Notes: generated by a model from the letters alone, not told the origin. 56,978 nucleotides of DNA, filler included, from Bipalium vagum (GCA_037834085.1; 3 parts of 3 records of this genome joined end to end with filler, not necessarily neighbours in it); one strand, 5' to 3'. Numbered from the whole stretch's first letter, positions 27,595 through 40,137 are shown. A program made the numbers and translations.

Positions 27595-27980
27595 CAGGGT
27601 ATCATAAAAATGTATCTACAATTTAAATATAAATCGTTAAGTAATTAAAAGTCCTTATTACTTGTTTTATAGTTTGTTTAAATACTCCAATAACTGGTAA
27701 GAAATTACCGCTATTTTAAATCTATAAATTTATACTTAAAGGATGAATCATGAAAAGTAGGTTGAACTTTTAGCATAAAAAAATTTATTATCAAAAATTA
27801 CTTCTAGTTTGAAAACATAAAAATACAGACCCTTTTCAATAAAGAATTTTAGATAGATCCTCCAACAAGACTGACAATCAGTCGAATAAAGAATAAAGTT
27901 GAAAAAGATGGAACTATCAATGTCAACAGAAACCGTTCTAGAAGTTCTAGGTGTGTATATATCTTTTTTGAGACACCCTG
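27595..27980 (+). mobile_element. Non-autonomous Tc1-like element (DUF4817-type HTH)
   Basis: TA-flanked imperfect TIRs CAGGGTATCATAAAAATGTATCTACA / TGTATATATCTTTTTTGAGACACCCTG; internal DPPTRLTISRIKNKVEKDGT. Confidence 0.8.
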
Positions 27981-28080
27981 TATATATAAAGTTTGTTTAA
28001 ATAGTAAATCTTTATATAATTTTGAGATGTTCAATTTACTATTATGAACTTCCATTATGAAGCATGTGTATGGATTAAAT

Positions 28081-28390
28081 ATCACTTTAAGTGGAGCTCT
28101 TCACATTTTTCAGGCTGACGAAACATTGATAAATAAACGAAAATACAATAGAAAATACAAGAGATCCAGTTAGTATGCGACTTGCACACATCCATCATTA
28201 TCGCAAAGATACTTTATTTATGACTAATGGATGGCGAGCATAGCGGAATATTACAGTTAATCATTCAGAAAACTCTGTGGATCCTCAAACAGGAGCCCAT
28301 ACAAAATTAATTGAAAATTTGTGGATGAGGCTCAAGCATTTTATAAGATCTAATTCTTATAGAAATAGATAAAAATTGGATGAGTAAATT
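28081..28390 (+). mobile_element. Merlin (IS1016/ISXO2-like) transposase remnant
   Basis: IFQADETLINKRKYNR...FMTNGWRA*...TVNHSENSVDPQTGAHTKLIENLWMRLK matches Merlin motifs (DE..KRKYNRG; TVNHS..FVDP.TGAHT..IE..W). Confidence 0.9.
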
Positions 28391-29119
28391 TTTATATTTG
28401 GTTCGAAAATTTAAAGACTCTGATATTGGATCAATTAATTAAAATAATCACCATATAAAATTATGAAAATCAATTATAAAAAAGTGTCCTAAAGTTTAAA
28501 GTCTTTTTTAACCTTAACAAAATATTTTAGGAGGAACGTCTGTGAATATAGAGATATTTGAAAATGAATGTCAATGTCAATGAGGATAAACCCTAATGAA
28601 CCGAATATAATCTCAAAACAAAAGAAACCCGGGACTTTCCATCATCATACCAAAGAGATGTTTGTATTATTTAAAAAATCAACGGTAAAATATTGTTACA
28701 CAAATCGGGGTTGATGTATGATCACTCGTTACATTCAATTTTAATTATTTATTTTCTAGATTTGTCTAAGAGTCAGATAATTAAATTTAAGAATAAATTT
28801 TTCTAAGTGGCATTATTTTTTATATTTGAAATTTTAGTCTGAAAAGAAAATAAAATTTTTATCTGTGTTTTACAATTGCATGTCGCGATAAATAATTGAA
28901 ATGAAAGTTTTTTGTTAATTTCTTTTATTTTTGTGAAAAAAGTGTTAATTTTAAAATCTTGTTATCATTTCGTCGTTGTTCTCTATCATATTTGCCGAGA
29001 ATGTGAATTTTGTGAAAAATTTAATTGAAAACTGTTATGAATTTAATTTTTCTTGCTTGTAATTAATCGAATTTTTATAATTGCTTATTAATGGTTTTAA
29101 ACCTTTTTAAAAAAATTTA

Positions 29120-30287
29120 TAAGGTTGTAACAGTTTGTCGCTTTTTTATAAAACTGTCTTTTAACATTAAAAGTTATAAAAATCTTTAATAAACATATAG
29201 ACATCTATGCGTTGTTTAAACATATCAATTGAAAATATTATCGATTAAATATTTTAAAATTTAGATTTTTTAATATTTTTTTAAAATGGAAAAAAATAAA
29301 ATGCATTTTAGGAATCTTATATTATTTTATTACCGTAAAGGTAAAAGTGATTTCGAGACAGTGAAGAAGATTTGCTCTGTCTATGGAAATGATTCAGTTT
29401 GCATTTCAAAGCACTTCCCGTATGAGGTTTTTGCTGTTCAAAACCGGGATGTTTGAGTTGGAAGATAGAGAGCGCTGTAGTAGTCCTCCTTTAGAAAAAG
29501 GTGACTTCTAGTATCAGTAATTGAAAAAGATTCCATTCGAAAACAAGATCAATCACAGAAAGACTCAAGATATCTAATGTGAGTGTGTCAAGGTATTTGA
29601 AGACACTGGGGTACATCAATCGTCTTGATCTTTGGATACACCATCAATTGATTGAGAAGCAATTAATGGCTCGTGTTTCAATTTTTAGTTCCTTATAAGA
29701 AACAAATCCGACCCGTTTTTGAAAAGAACAATTACTGGCGTCAAAATGGTTGTTTTTAATGATCCGAGACGTAAAAGGTCCTGGTCAAAATCAAATTAGC
29801 CTCCAAAAACCATTGTAAAAGCTGTATTACATTCAAAGAAAACCCTTCTTTGCACTTGGTGAGATTGGACGGGTATAATATATTACGAACTCCTTCCATA
29901 ATGTCAGACGTTAAATTCCATCAAATATTTTTCTCGGAAGGCTATTATTTTCCACCAAGATAACGCCCAATCTTGTGTCTTTTATGACAGCAGAAAATCG
30001 CAGAGTTTTGTTGAAAGGAACTAGCACTTTCCGATTTTCATTTATTCAGATTCCTACAAAATTTTCTTGCTCTAAAAATTTTCAAAAAATCAGGGACTGC
30101 AAAAACGAACTGAAGTGATACATAGCTCAAAAAAATTCTGGAGGATGGGTTGATGAAGCTTCCTCAAATATGCCTAAATGTTGAGAAACAGAATGGTACA
30201 CATTTGACCGATTAAATAAATGTATAAATTTCTTTATTTTGTGTTTGATTTTTAGAAATAAAACGATACGAACTTGTTACAACCTAA
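29120..30287 (+). mobile_element. Near full-length degraded mariner
   Basis: TIRs TAAGGTTGTAACAG / CTTGTTACAACCTAA-TA; MEKNKMHFRNLILFYYRKGK, LDLWIHHQL, LHSKKTLLCTW, IFHQDNAQ; many stops and frameshifts. Confidence 0.9.
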
Positions 30288-30320
30288 TATATTATAAGAT
30301 TGAAACCTTGAAATTTACAT

Positions 30321-31190
30321 CAAAAGGTGAACACACTAAAATCAGGACACAAAAGTCATTGTTTAAGAAAGACTAAAATCATCTTTTTATTTCACAACAA
30401 TGCATAAATTACATTACATAAAAACTAAAAAAATTAGATGAAATATTAATAGGCTACTGAGCGGACTTTCCATCTGATTGATCTCATTATCATTTGGTAA
30501 GGTACTTTATTATTGTGTTTTGAAGCCCATTTCCTCAATTGAAACTTTCCGGCCTTCTGGATCTTCTGACCGGTTTTCTTTAGTATTCCTTTCACAAGTG
30601 ACCAATATTTCTCAATAGATTGAAGTTCTGGATTAATAGATGGATTAAAATCTTTATGAACAAAATTGACTTGTTTGTCATGGTACCGTTTTATTGTTAT
30701 TTGTGTAGTGACAACTTGTGAGGTCTCGTCAAAACAAAGGTTTCAATTGATTTTTTCTTATATAAGACTACACTCTCTTTTGCAAGCATTCATCAACATA
30801 TATGTGGCTATTTAATATTCCCGCTATCACGTACCCTTCACTCTTCAGAGCACATAAATATATCGCCTACCAAACCATATTCTTTTGAAAATTTTGACTT
30901 TACCTTCTTTTTGCATTCTTCAAGGGTATTCTTTAGTGTTCTAGCTGTATAAAAAACTTGACCAGTAATATATTTTTTGTACAAATACATTTCATCATCC
31001 AAACACATTGTGCAGAATTAATTTACTTTCTAATTCCTTAGACAATAAACTTCAAATATTATTTTATTCATCTATTTATTTACCATCTATTTATTTTATT
31101 TACCATGATTTTAAATTTCTATTTTTTTAAAATTAATTTTTAAAAAAAGAGCAGTTGAAAGTGTGTTCAAATTGTGGTGTGTTCACTTTT
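30321..31190 (-). mobile_element. DD37E-like (ITmD37E-type) Tc1/mariner remnant
   Basis: Imperfect TIRs AAAAGGTGAACACACTAAAAT / ATTGTGGTGTGTTCACTTTT; minus-strand LKPLF*RDLTSCHY and NFVHKDFNPSINPELQSIEKYWSLVK, similar to FWPDLASCHY...NPPN.PELRPIEKYW. Confidence 0.7.
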
Positions 31191-32269
31191 TAAATGGACT
31201 AAGGTACTCATAATTCTAATATTAAATAATTAATAATCAAAATAATTAATAATTAAAAAAATAAATAAATAATGAATTTGATAATTATACTTTGGTTTGA
31301 TTTTAATGTGTTTTTAGTTTCAGTTATTATTTATTTATTAAATTATTCTTTTTCCAAATAATATTATATTAAATTTTTGTCAAAATTAATCATTTACAAA
31401 ATATATATTGCTGATATAAAATTGAGGATTTATTTGACTAATGGAGTAAATCTCCTTAGTCCAATTCATCACCTAAATTCATAATTATGTTTTGAGTATT
31501 ATTATTATCTGTAATAGGATATAAAACTGCTCTCTAAAATGCATTAGGATGCTTAACCAAATGATCTAACTCTAAATGATGAATATAATTTATCCTGTAT
31601 TATCTTAAGCTCTCTTTTCAATATAAAAGGTAACCTTGGAAATAATTTTCATTTAACTAAATATTTATAGTTCATTTATAGATCCTATCCTTCTTCGGGA
31701 GTCCTTTATTGAAAGCTAGGTATATTATAAAAAAATTACTTCAAGTGCAGCCACAAAGTACTGATATTGATTATTCTTCATTATTATTTATGTTAATGTT
31801 ATGTTATTATTTACTTTAATATTTATGAACTACTTTTCGTTATCGGAAGAAGACCAAATAGTTGTAATTTATTAAATTTTATTTGAAAAATTACTGAAAT
31901 TCTTAATTCAATTAATAATTCCAAATTTTCTAAAATCTCGACATTATGTATTTTTGGGTTCAGAGAATATATACTGATAAAACGTTAGAAGTTTAACTAC
32001 CAACAGTGAATAGAATGTCACAGTCTGTTTGTCTTAAGTCATCTTTGAAACAAAAGCTTTTCTATTGTCTTCACAATAATTCATGACAGCAGCATCTCAT
32101 AAGTAGAACCTTTTGATACCCATCATAAAAAATGTATCGGCATCTCCTTTGTAAGTTGAAAAGGTGTAGCAGAATTCGGTGTACTTATTGCGAAAAGGAT
32201 GGAAAGGTGTTTAATGTTTTATCATAAATTTTCTGATATTAAAGTGATTATCTTAAAATAATCAATATA

Positions 32270-32271
<2 letters not shown>

Positions 32272-32315
<44 letters not shown>
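32272..32315. repeat. (AAT)n microsatellite
   Basis: Perfect AAT run. Confidence 0.9.
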
Positions 32316-32317
<2 letters not shown>

Positions 32318-32329
32318 AGGACTTGTATA

Positions 32330-32690
32330 AACCCTATAAAAAGTTATAGGGTAAATTTTATTCAGCATAAGACTGCTAATTTTGAATATCTTCCAGGTCT
32401 TGAATATCTTTCGATATTTTTCCATATAATGTCTTCAAATGTATCCAAAGGAAAAAATAAACCTGGCTTATTTCGCATATTTTCCATCTTCAAACTTCCA
32501 AAGATCACAAATTCTTCCAATCTCTTTGAATTTTGCAAGTATCTTCCTCATTATCCTCGCGAAACACATCTTTTCCCATTTCAAGAGTGCAAATGTTACT
32601 TATTCGAGCTTAGCTATCAGTCAAGAAATTTGCACTTTTTCTTCAATGGATACTTATTAAAGGAATTAAACACTCATTAAATTTCAAAAA
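32330..32690 (-). mobile_element. Tc1-like (DUF4817-type) 5' remnant
   Basis: Minus strand reads VSIEEKVQIS*LIAKLE*VT...RKILAKFKEIGRICDL. Confidence 0.55.
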
Positions 32691-32738
32691 TCTTATTTCA
32701 TAGAAAAATGTAAATTGAGTACATTTAATTATTATGTA

Positions 32739-33103
32739 CAAGGTGTCCCAAAAGTCAGTGGTGATTTGAATGTTTTATAATTTTTTGAAAATTTGATTTA
32801 ATTGAAATTTCTTTACATTTATATGATAATCGATCTTTAAAGTTTTATTAAGACTTAAAAAATTTCAGGTAAAATGAGTTTTTGTTTTAATATTTCATTT
32901 AATATGGTAGGTATGCTAAGTGAAGACACCAACATTAAAATAGTCATCTTAATGGCGAAATGGCAATCTCAAACCAAGGTGAGTCTGGAAATAATTCGAG
33001 TCTGGAAACCATTGCGAAGGTGTATAAGAAATTTTTGCAACATGGAACTGCCCATGATTTGCCAAGGATTGGTCGACCAAGAAATGATGTCAGCAATGAT
33101 GTA
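32739..33103 (+). mobile_element. Tc1-like (DUF4817-type) element 5' part, interrupted by a mariner
   Basis: TA plus CAAGGTGTCCCAAAAGT terminus; MLSEDTNIKIVILMAK...SLETIAKVYKKFLQHGTAHDLPRIGRPR. Confidence 0.8.
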
Positions 33104-33105
33104 TA

Positions 33106-34392
33106 CACCCTCCATTCCAAAAATAACCGAACTTTAAAAAAAGGCAATCAATATTTATTTTGAAAAAACAATTTTTATTAATCAATTTAATCGCCTTCTG
33201 CATTGATACACAAATTTGCACGAACTAACAAGTTGTCAAACGACTTCTCTATGTCCTTTTTGATGATGGTCTTTAGGACATCGGTCACTGTAATTTTGAT
33301 GGCCTCAACCGACTCGTGAAGTTTTTCTTTGATCGTCGAATGAAGCTTGGGGAACAGATAGTAGTTGCACGAAGCGAGATCAGATGAATATAGTGAATGT
33401 TGCAAAGCAATAATCTGATTCTTGATCAAAAATTTAGTCTCAACTCTTGAATGATGTGATGGTGCATTATCGTCCTAAAGGGTCCAACTGCCGGTTTCTC
33501 GATATTCTGGTTGAACACGACGAATTCTTGCCAGCAATCGCTTCATGACATCTAAATAAAAGTCTCCTGTGATTGTTTGGCCGGCTGGAACAAGCTCTTT
33601 GTGGATAATTCCTTTGGAATCGTAAAAGAAAATCAGCAAAACCTTCACTTTTGATTTTTCCAAATGAGATTTTTTCTGTTTTCCCTCATCCGGCGATCTC
33701 CATTCAGCACTCTGCCGCTTTGTTTCGGGTTCATACCTGAAACATCACGTGCCGTCACCGGTAAAAATCGTTTTCAAGAAGTTTGGGTCCTTCCGAGCAC
33801 TTTTAATGATGTCTTTGCTATGATCAGTTCGAGCAATTTTTTGGTTTTCGGTGAGTTTATATGGAGCAAACCGCGAATTAGCCTTACGAAAACAAAATAC
33901 CTCATTCAAAATGTGGTATGCAGTTGTTTGACGAATGCCTAATTCCATTTCAATCAATTTCACCGATTTTTTATTATTTTTGGTAAATTAACGCATTTTT
34001 TCAATGTTATCTTTTTTGGACGGCCTGGTCTTTCGTTGTCATTCATGGTTTCCCTACCCGATTCGAATCGCTTGAACCACTCGTATACTTGCGTACGAGA
34101 TAGACATTCATCACCATACGCAGATTGTAGCATTTGATGGGTTTCGGTAAAAGATTTATCAAGTTTAACGCAGAAGTCAATTGCAGCTCTTTGTTTGAAA
34201 TTCATTTTCTAACCGAAATATTAAACAGACTAACAAAAACGTAGGAATTACTCACGTTGTTTATATCCTAATGTCATGAAATTTTTATCGATTGTCAATG
34301 AATGATCACGTTACTAGTGGTATAATGTTAAAGTAAATGGCGCTTGTAGTACTATTTTTTTAAAAATTCTGTTATTTTTGGAATGGAGGGTG
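33106..34392 (-). mobile_element. Full-length (1287 bp) mariner with frameshifted transposase
   Basis: TA target-site duplication; 30-bp TIRs CACCCTCCATTCCAAAAATAACCGAACTTT with 2 mismatches; transposase 34205 to 33187 in four ORF pieces (MNFKQRAAIDFCVK, RFAPYKL, IFTGDG, DDNAPSH, YSSDLASCNYYLFPKL). Confidence 0.95.
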
Positions 34393-34987
34393 TATTGTTG
34401 AGCTCCAAATTCTGATACTTTATATTGGATTGAGGAATAATTTCGTGCCGTTTATTTTTGAATTTTTATAAATCTCTAATTATTTGGTTTAAAATTAAGT
34501 TTGTTTAAATAATTAATAAATATTTAAATTTCAAGGTACTTAATGAATATTACTTAAACATGTAATTTTATAACGATTAGAAAATAAACATCCAAGTCGA
34601 CAAATATAAAAAACATTATTGATTTAAAGTTTCAAGTATAAGTATCAAAAATAAAAAATTAAAATATGATAAAATAAAATAATCACAAAACAGAGTAGAT
34701 ATCACATTTTTAGTAATCTGGACAAAAGATCGTTCTTCTTCAAAAATAGAAAAATAAAACAAGTAGACCATTTTATCTTAATTAATTTTTTATTTATTAC
34801 AATATTTCATAAAAAGCATAAAACATGAATAACAAAATAACTTGTAATAAGTCAGAATAAATTAATAAATTGGAATAAAAACTTTTCAAAACAGGTGTAA
34901 AAGAAAGACAATAGATAATAACAACAAAAATAGTGCTTAGTTACAAGTAAAGTATAATGAAGAAATTTCTGTTACAAAGATTATGAG

Positions 34988-35430
34988 TAGGGCACGGATT
35001 TTTATGACCTAAAAAAACAGAAATATGACCAAAATAATACAGAAATATGACATTCACAAAAAATATAACCTATTGAATTTTGACAAAATTACATCTCAAA
35101 TTACCAATTATTATAGTTTAAGAACGAAATAAAAATCAAACAAAGTATGATGTAAAATTTTATTCATTAAGCGCTTATGAATTATTGCAATAAATTACGA
35201 AAATCATAATTTATGAGAAAGAGTTATGTTTTTTACGTTGTTAAAATGGTAACTTCGTTCCATAAATATTGATGCTTGCTGTTTAAATTGGACTGTTCAT
35301 ACAAATGTTATTTGGAGCTTGTTTTTGGCTAAATACTTCTGGTGGTCATTTTTGAAATATTAATTGTTTATAACGTGAACTGTGAAGACAATCAATTATG
35401 TAGATGATAAATATAAAATATAAAAATATT
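34988..35430 (-). mobile_element. hAT-related (CGGBP1-like) transposon end remnant
   Basis: Terminus TAGGGCACGGATTTTTATGACCTAAAA with subterminal AAATATGAC repeats; degraded C-terminal motif QAP...ERS...MIFVIYCN on the minus strand. Confidence 0.5.
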
Positions 35431-35749
35431 ATCCATGATGACTATCTTTAAAACTTTCATCTTTGTTTTTTGAATTCATCCTAAATACGAATAATAAATA
35501 TTTAATGCTAAGAGGAAGCCTAAGTGCTCGGATTTTATTTGAAAAAAACGTAAAATACTTGTTTGTATTAACCTTTCTTGTCGAATCTTTCAAATCATAA
35601 TTTGTCAAAACGGCTTTCTTATGAGATTTTTAACGAAAAATTTCGTTTGTTGAAACACAAAACACATCTCTTCAAATAACGCAGTTATATCTTGTGTAAA
35701 ATATTTTTATACTACGACATATATAAAATATATATACAAATTTACTGAG

Positions 35750-36060
35750 ATTGTGGAGCAAGGCAGACTCAATAATGTTTAACGTTGAGTTCCTGTAAAC
35801 AACTGGGAAGGCAGTCATTAACATGGAAACTTCATCATTATGCAGGACAACGCTCGCCCTCATGTAGCCAAATTAGTCGATTCCTTCTTGGAACAAAACA
35901 CACAATCACCTTACTGTCCCGATATGAACCTGATAAATCGCTTCCAAACTTTAGAATACAGAAATCAATAAACAAAGTCCTTAACTGGTATTTGGGATAG
36001 AAGACAACACTTGGGCTGAGACGTGAGCTGAACCGATTAAGAGACGTTAAGAACGGTATC
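35750..36060 (+). mobile_element. Tc1/mariner catalytic-domain fragment
   Basis: HGNFIIMQDNARPHVAKLVDSFLEQ...SPYCPDMN. Confidence 0.8.
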
Positions 36061-36304
36061 ATTTTGTGTCTATTTTTTTTTAATCGACTGGGTATTTAAA
36101 TGTTTGTTCTAATAAAAATCAAATCAGACTGATTAAAACACTCAAATGGTAGATAACACTTTAAAAATAAAAATTATTCACCATGACAAATCAAGACACA
36201 ATATTAATTTTATAAATTTGTATATTTTAACTTTGTTGAACAAATAAACAAAATTAAATTATTATATTGATAAATCCCGGAGAGATAAGGTTTTATGAAG
36301 GATT

Positions 36305-36390
36305 TTAGAATGCTCTTCGCTAACCTAGCCTCAAGAGCCCTCAATAGAAACAAGCGCCTCTCCGCCCTACTGGACGTAGAGAAGGCAATA
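36305..36390 (+). mobile_element. LINE reverse-transcriptase fragment
   Basis: ANLASRALNRNKRLSALLDVEKA (LDVEKAFD motif of non-LTR RT), strongly GC-enriched. Confidence 0.7.
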
Positions 36391-37443
36391 AAAGAGAAAA
36401 GATGGAAAATAACAAAAAAGTTCTTATTTTGATAATGATAGAATAATTGGGGAACTATCCAATTATCCTATCCAGATTATTTTTAAGATTTTATGAATTA
36501 ATTAGCAATCAAAATATTCAATTTGTAATCAAATTTTTATTTATGATTGACTTAAAAAAATAAAAAATAATTACTAGTAAATACACTTGGGTTCTGAAAA
36601 GCTGGACGAAATTCTCTGAACTGATAACTGTTAAAAATAATGTTCTTCTCAATATTCCTAAATCGGAATATGAATGAAATATTTGTTCAAGAATATCTTC
36701 AAATTTGATGTTTCGATTCTTGACTTGAATTCTTCCTTTGACTTTCTTTTTATTATTCTAGGATCGGAATATAATTGAGCCTATTTTCTCTGGAATATCT
36801 TCTCAAAAATTGATGCTTCGGCTCTCAATTTGAATTCGTTGTTTTATCTTCTTTCTTCAATTCTGCTTGAAATTGATTGCTTTTATTCTAGTTTGGATTT
36901 AATATGACACTCTCCTATCAGAACCAATTTGATTTTTTGCAAATAAATTTCCTTTTGTCAATTGCAAGAATATCTGCTTACACTCTAATTTGATTTCCTG
37001 TCTTCTACACAGCAATTAGATATAAATTGTTTGGTGTCTCTAATCAAAAATTTTTTTGATTTATATTAATATGTTCAACCTCTTTTTATTTATAGCAATA
37101 TAAATTTACCATATTTATTTTTATATAAATTTTTAGTTATTCATTTCTTTATTTAGTTGGTATTTTTATTTTTAGTAATTATTCTTATCGTTATTTCTAA
37201 ATTTATAATTATTTTAATTTATTTGTTATTTTTGTGAATATTATTTATATTTTATTAATTTATTTATTTTTCTCGGGATATATCAATTATTTACACATAC
37301 ACATAAATTTTTTATCAAAAAACATGCATAATGTTTTGTAAAGAATTTACATAATAAAAGATTAAAGGATCACTGGATTTACAACATTGAATTAAAGTTT
37401 TGTACAAAATGTTAAATGATTTGCATCACAAAACAATGTTAAG

Positions 37444-37576
37444 TTTTTAATAATTTTTTCGATCATTTCCCTTCTGCTTCCTTGCCTGGGAGTAGTCTCC
37501 ACAACTATAGTAAATCCTGAAATTGTAAAAAAATATCGAAAGACTTTCTGCACAATCTCATACAATTTGTGTTGGG
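37444..37576 (+). CDS. TM1 exon of the KCNMB/TipE-like gene (out of order, or first exon of a tandem copy)
   Basis: FLIIFSIISLLLPCLGVVSTTIVNPEIVKKYRKTFCTISYNLCW-G followed by donor GTACCT at 37577. Hydrophobic helix then Y-x-K-T-x-C-T-I, like KCNMB TM1 plus first Cys. The phase-1 end joins exon 20190 (G+GT) in frame. Start unresolved: ATG 37324 (MHN) plus intron 37333-37443, or a 1-nt frameshift near 37444. Confidence 0.6.
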
Positions 37577-39862
37577 GTACCTTATTTTACTGATACAAGA
37601 AAATATTTAATTGAATTAATTTTTGTCTCAATAATTTTAAGAATAAATATGAACGAACGAATACTCAGACAAATACTAAAATAATAATATGTAAATTCTG
37701 CGTAAAAAATATTCTCTTTTTCTTTTTTATTTATAATTTTCTGAATATAATTTTTATTGTATTGAATTTTGATTTTATTTTGTCTTTATATATCAAAGCT
37801 CACTTTGAAATTTGATTGTGTGCGCTACAAAATCTGAATTTGACAATTGTTCAATAAAAACTGAAATGATAAATAATGAATTTTGATGAATCTTTCAATG
37901 AAACAAATCATCTCACTTCAAAATTGGAGAACTGAAAGAAAAGTGATAATACTTATAAATATGAAAATAATATTGCTAGAACATATTTCGTTAAGGTTGC
38001 TTTGCTAGGTCTACTACACCGTGATGATAAGAGCCAGTCACACATCAAATATCACAATACAAAATATAAACAACCTTCTGATGATCACCCTAGCTTATCT
38101 AAATAACAAATATAAATAGTTTAGATTTTTATGCCGATCAATAACATTTACCATCATTATTGACAACAAATGGAAGTTGTCAAAGACTTAATCACGAACT
38201 ATGACATGCTGGAAATATTCTACGAAATTGATGAAGACAATAGCGGTTCTTTATTGTTTCATTCGTTTTCGATATTAATTATTCCGTAAAGGCATCATCA
38301 CAAAGGATACTCTTCAGAAACATTTATATTATAAAAACTTCAGTGATGGTGATATAAAAGTGAAATAAAGTGTATTATAAAATAACCTTTTTACTATTAT
38401 TAACAAGGATTGGATGAGCTTGTTTGACAGATTCGGTTCAGACAGAATAAACTTGGACATCTTCTGTTCCATAATTATGGTTGATCCAAAACGATGGTAA
38501 CTTTTCTTTATTTCAGTTATACGTAGTTGTAAAAATTGAAAATATATTTTATAATTTTTTCTGTTTTCGCTCAAATAAGATATTAAAATTTTTTATGACA
38601 ATTTTATTCTTAATAAATTTTGTATATATTAATTAAGCATGAATTAATTATTTATGAACAAAAATAGTATATCTTGATATATTGTATAAAACATAAATAG
38701 ATAAAATCAATTTATAAAGTGAAATTATTAAAAAGGCTTGTATGGTAATTTTATTTAAAGAAAAATCTCATTTTTGAAGTTTTATTATTATTATATATAT
38801 TTTGTTTTAAAATTATTTTAATTATTTTAATTATTTTAATTATTTTTATTTTATTATTATTTTATTATTATTAATATTATTATTATTTATAAAAACATTA
38901 TTCTATATATTAATATTAAAATGTATTTTTTTCAGAGTTTCGCTATAAATATATGAATGAAAATAATCATTTAAAATTATGGAAAAAAATAATCTCCTAT
39001 ATTTCCATATTTAAATTTTATTCACAATAAAATCAGAAATTTTTTTATTAATACCAAGATTGTATAAAAATGTTTTTTTAAATATTTAAATATTCTATTT
39101 ACTCAAAATATGTTAATAGTAAAATTTATTTAAAGAGACTTAAAAAATTATTCTTCAATAAATTCTGAAATTTAAAGTTTTACATAAAAATCAATATTAA
39201 TTATCATATTTTATATCACATATTTAAAATAATAAATAAATTATGATTATTTATGATTATTGATCTATTTAAGACTTGGTTTATTTTTAAGACTTGGTCT
39301 TATTATCATATTTCAGCCTTTGACATATACATTTGTTAAATATGACTTATTAAAATAAATTTATTAATTTAAGTCGATGTATTGATTTTAAAAAAAGATT
39401 TTAAAGCGATTTTTTTATTAAACAAATAATATTTTTAAATTTTAAAATAATATTTAAAAAAATTAATAACTCATTGTGCCATTAAACAATATATGGATAT
39501 TGATATTATTTGTGTCACTTATCAAATCTCAAATCAATGTTTAATAAAATAATTTAAAATAAATAAATAAATATTTGTATAAATATAAATAATTTGATGC
39601 ATAATAAAATAAATATGTAATGTATAACAAATAATTTTCAAGGTTGAGAAACCAATAATGACATTATTTTTTGTGTATTTTTATATTTCTTATTTTTAAA
39701 GGTATTAATTGATTAAATATCAGTAATTAAATCTTTATCTTTAATTATTATTTCTTATAACTGAAATCACGGTACAAGCTTATGGAGGTACAATCTGTAC
39801 TTCTTTCAAAAATATATTTCTGTGAAATTGACCAAGACTCTTCGGCTCTGCTTAGTTTGGAG

Positions 39863-40137
39863 CAGTGGCATTCAACCTTTTTTAGCCTAACGCCCACTTT
39901 GCTACATTCCTATCTATAAAAATATCTATCGCCCATCCAAAATTTTAAAAACTTATTAAAATCCAAATAATGTTTATTGACAAAAGAGAATGCAATATCT
40001 ACAACTGGTATAGTAGTTGAAAGAGTTATCGAGACCCCTGTGCTTGATGTTTCAATGCCAAGGACTTCTTCCTAACGCCCACCTAATATTTCAAAATGCC
40101 CACTAGCGGGCGATATCGCCCAGGTTGGAGGTCACTG
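39863..40137. mobile_element. hAT (Buster/Charlie-type) MITE
   Basis: Imperfect TIRs CAGTGGCATTCAACCT / AGGTTGGAGGTCACTG; 8-bp target-site duplication GTTTGGAG / GTTTAGAG (7 of 8 match); subterminal CGCCCA repeats. Confidence 0.85.

Noticed and set aside
31440-32220. Possible LINE remnant
   Set aside because: Only vague RT-like similarity; too degraded to support a call.
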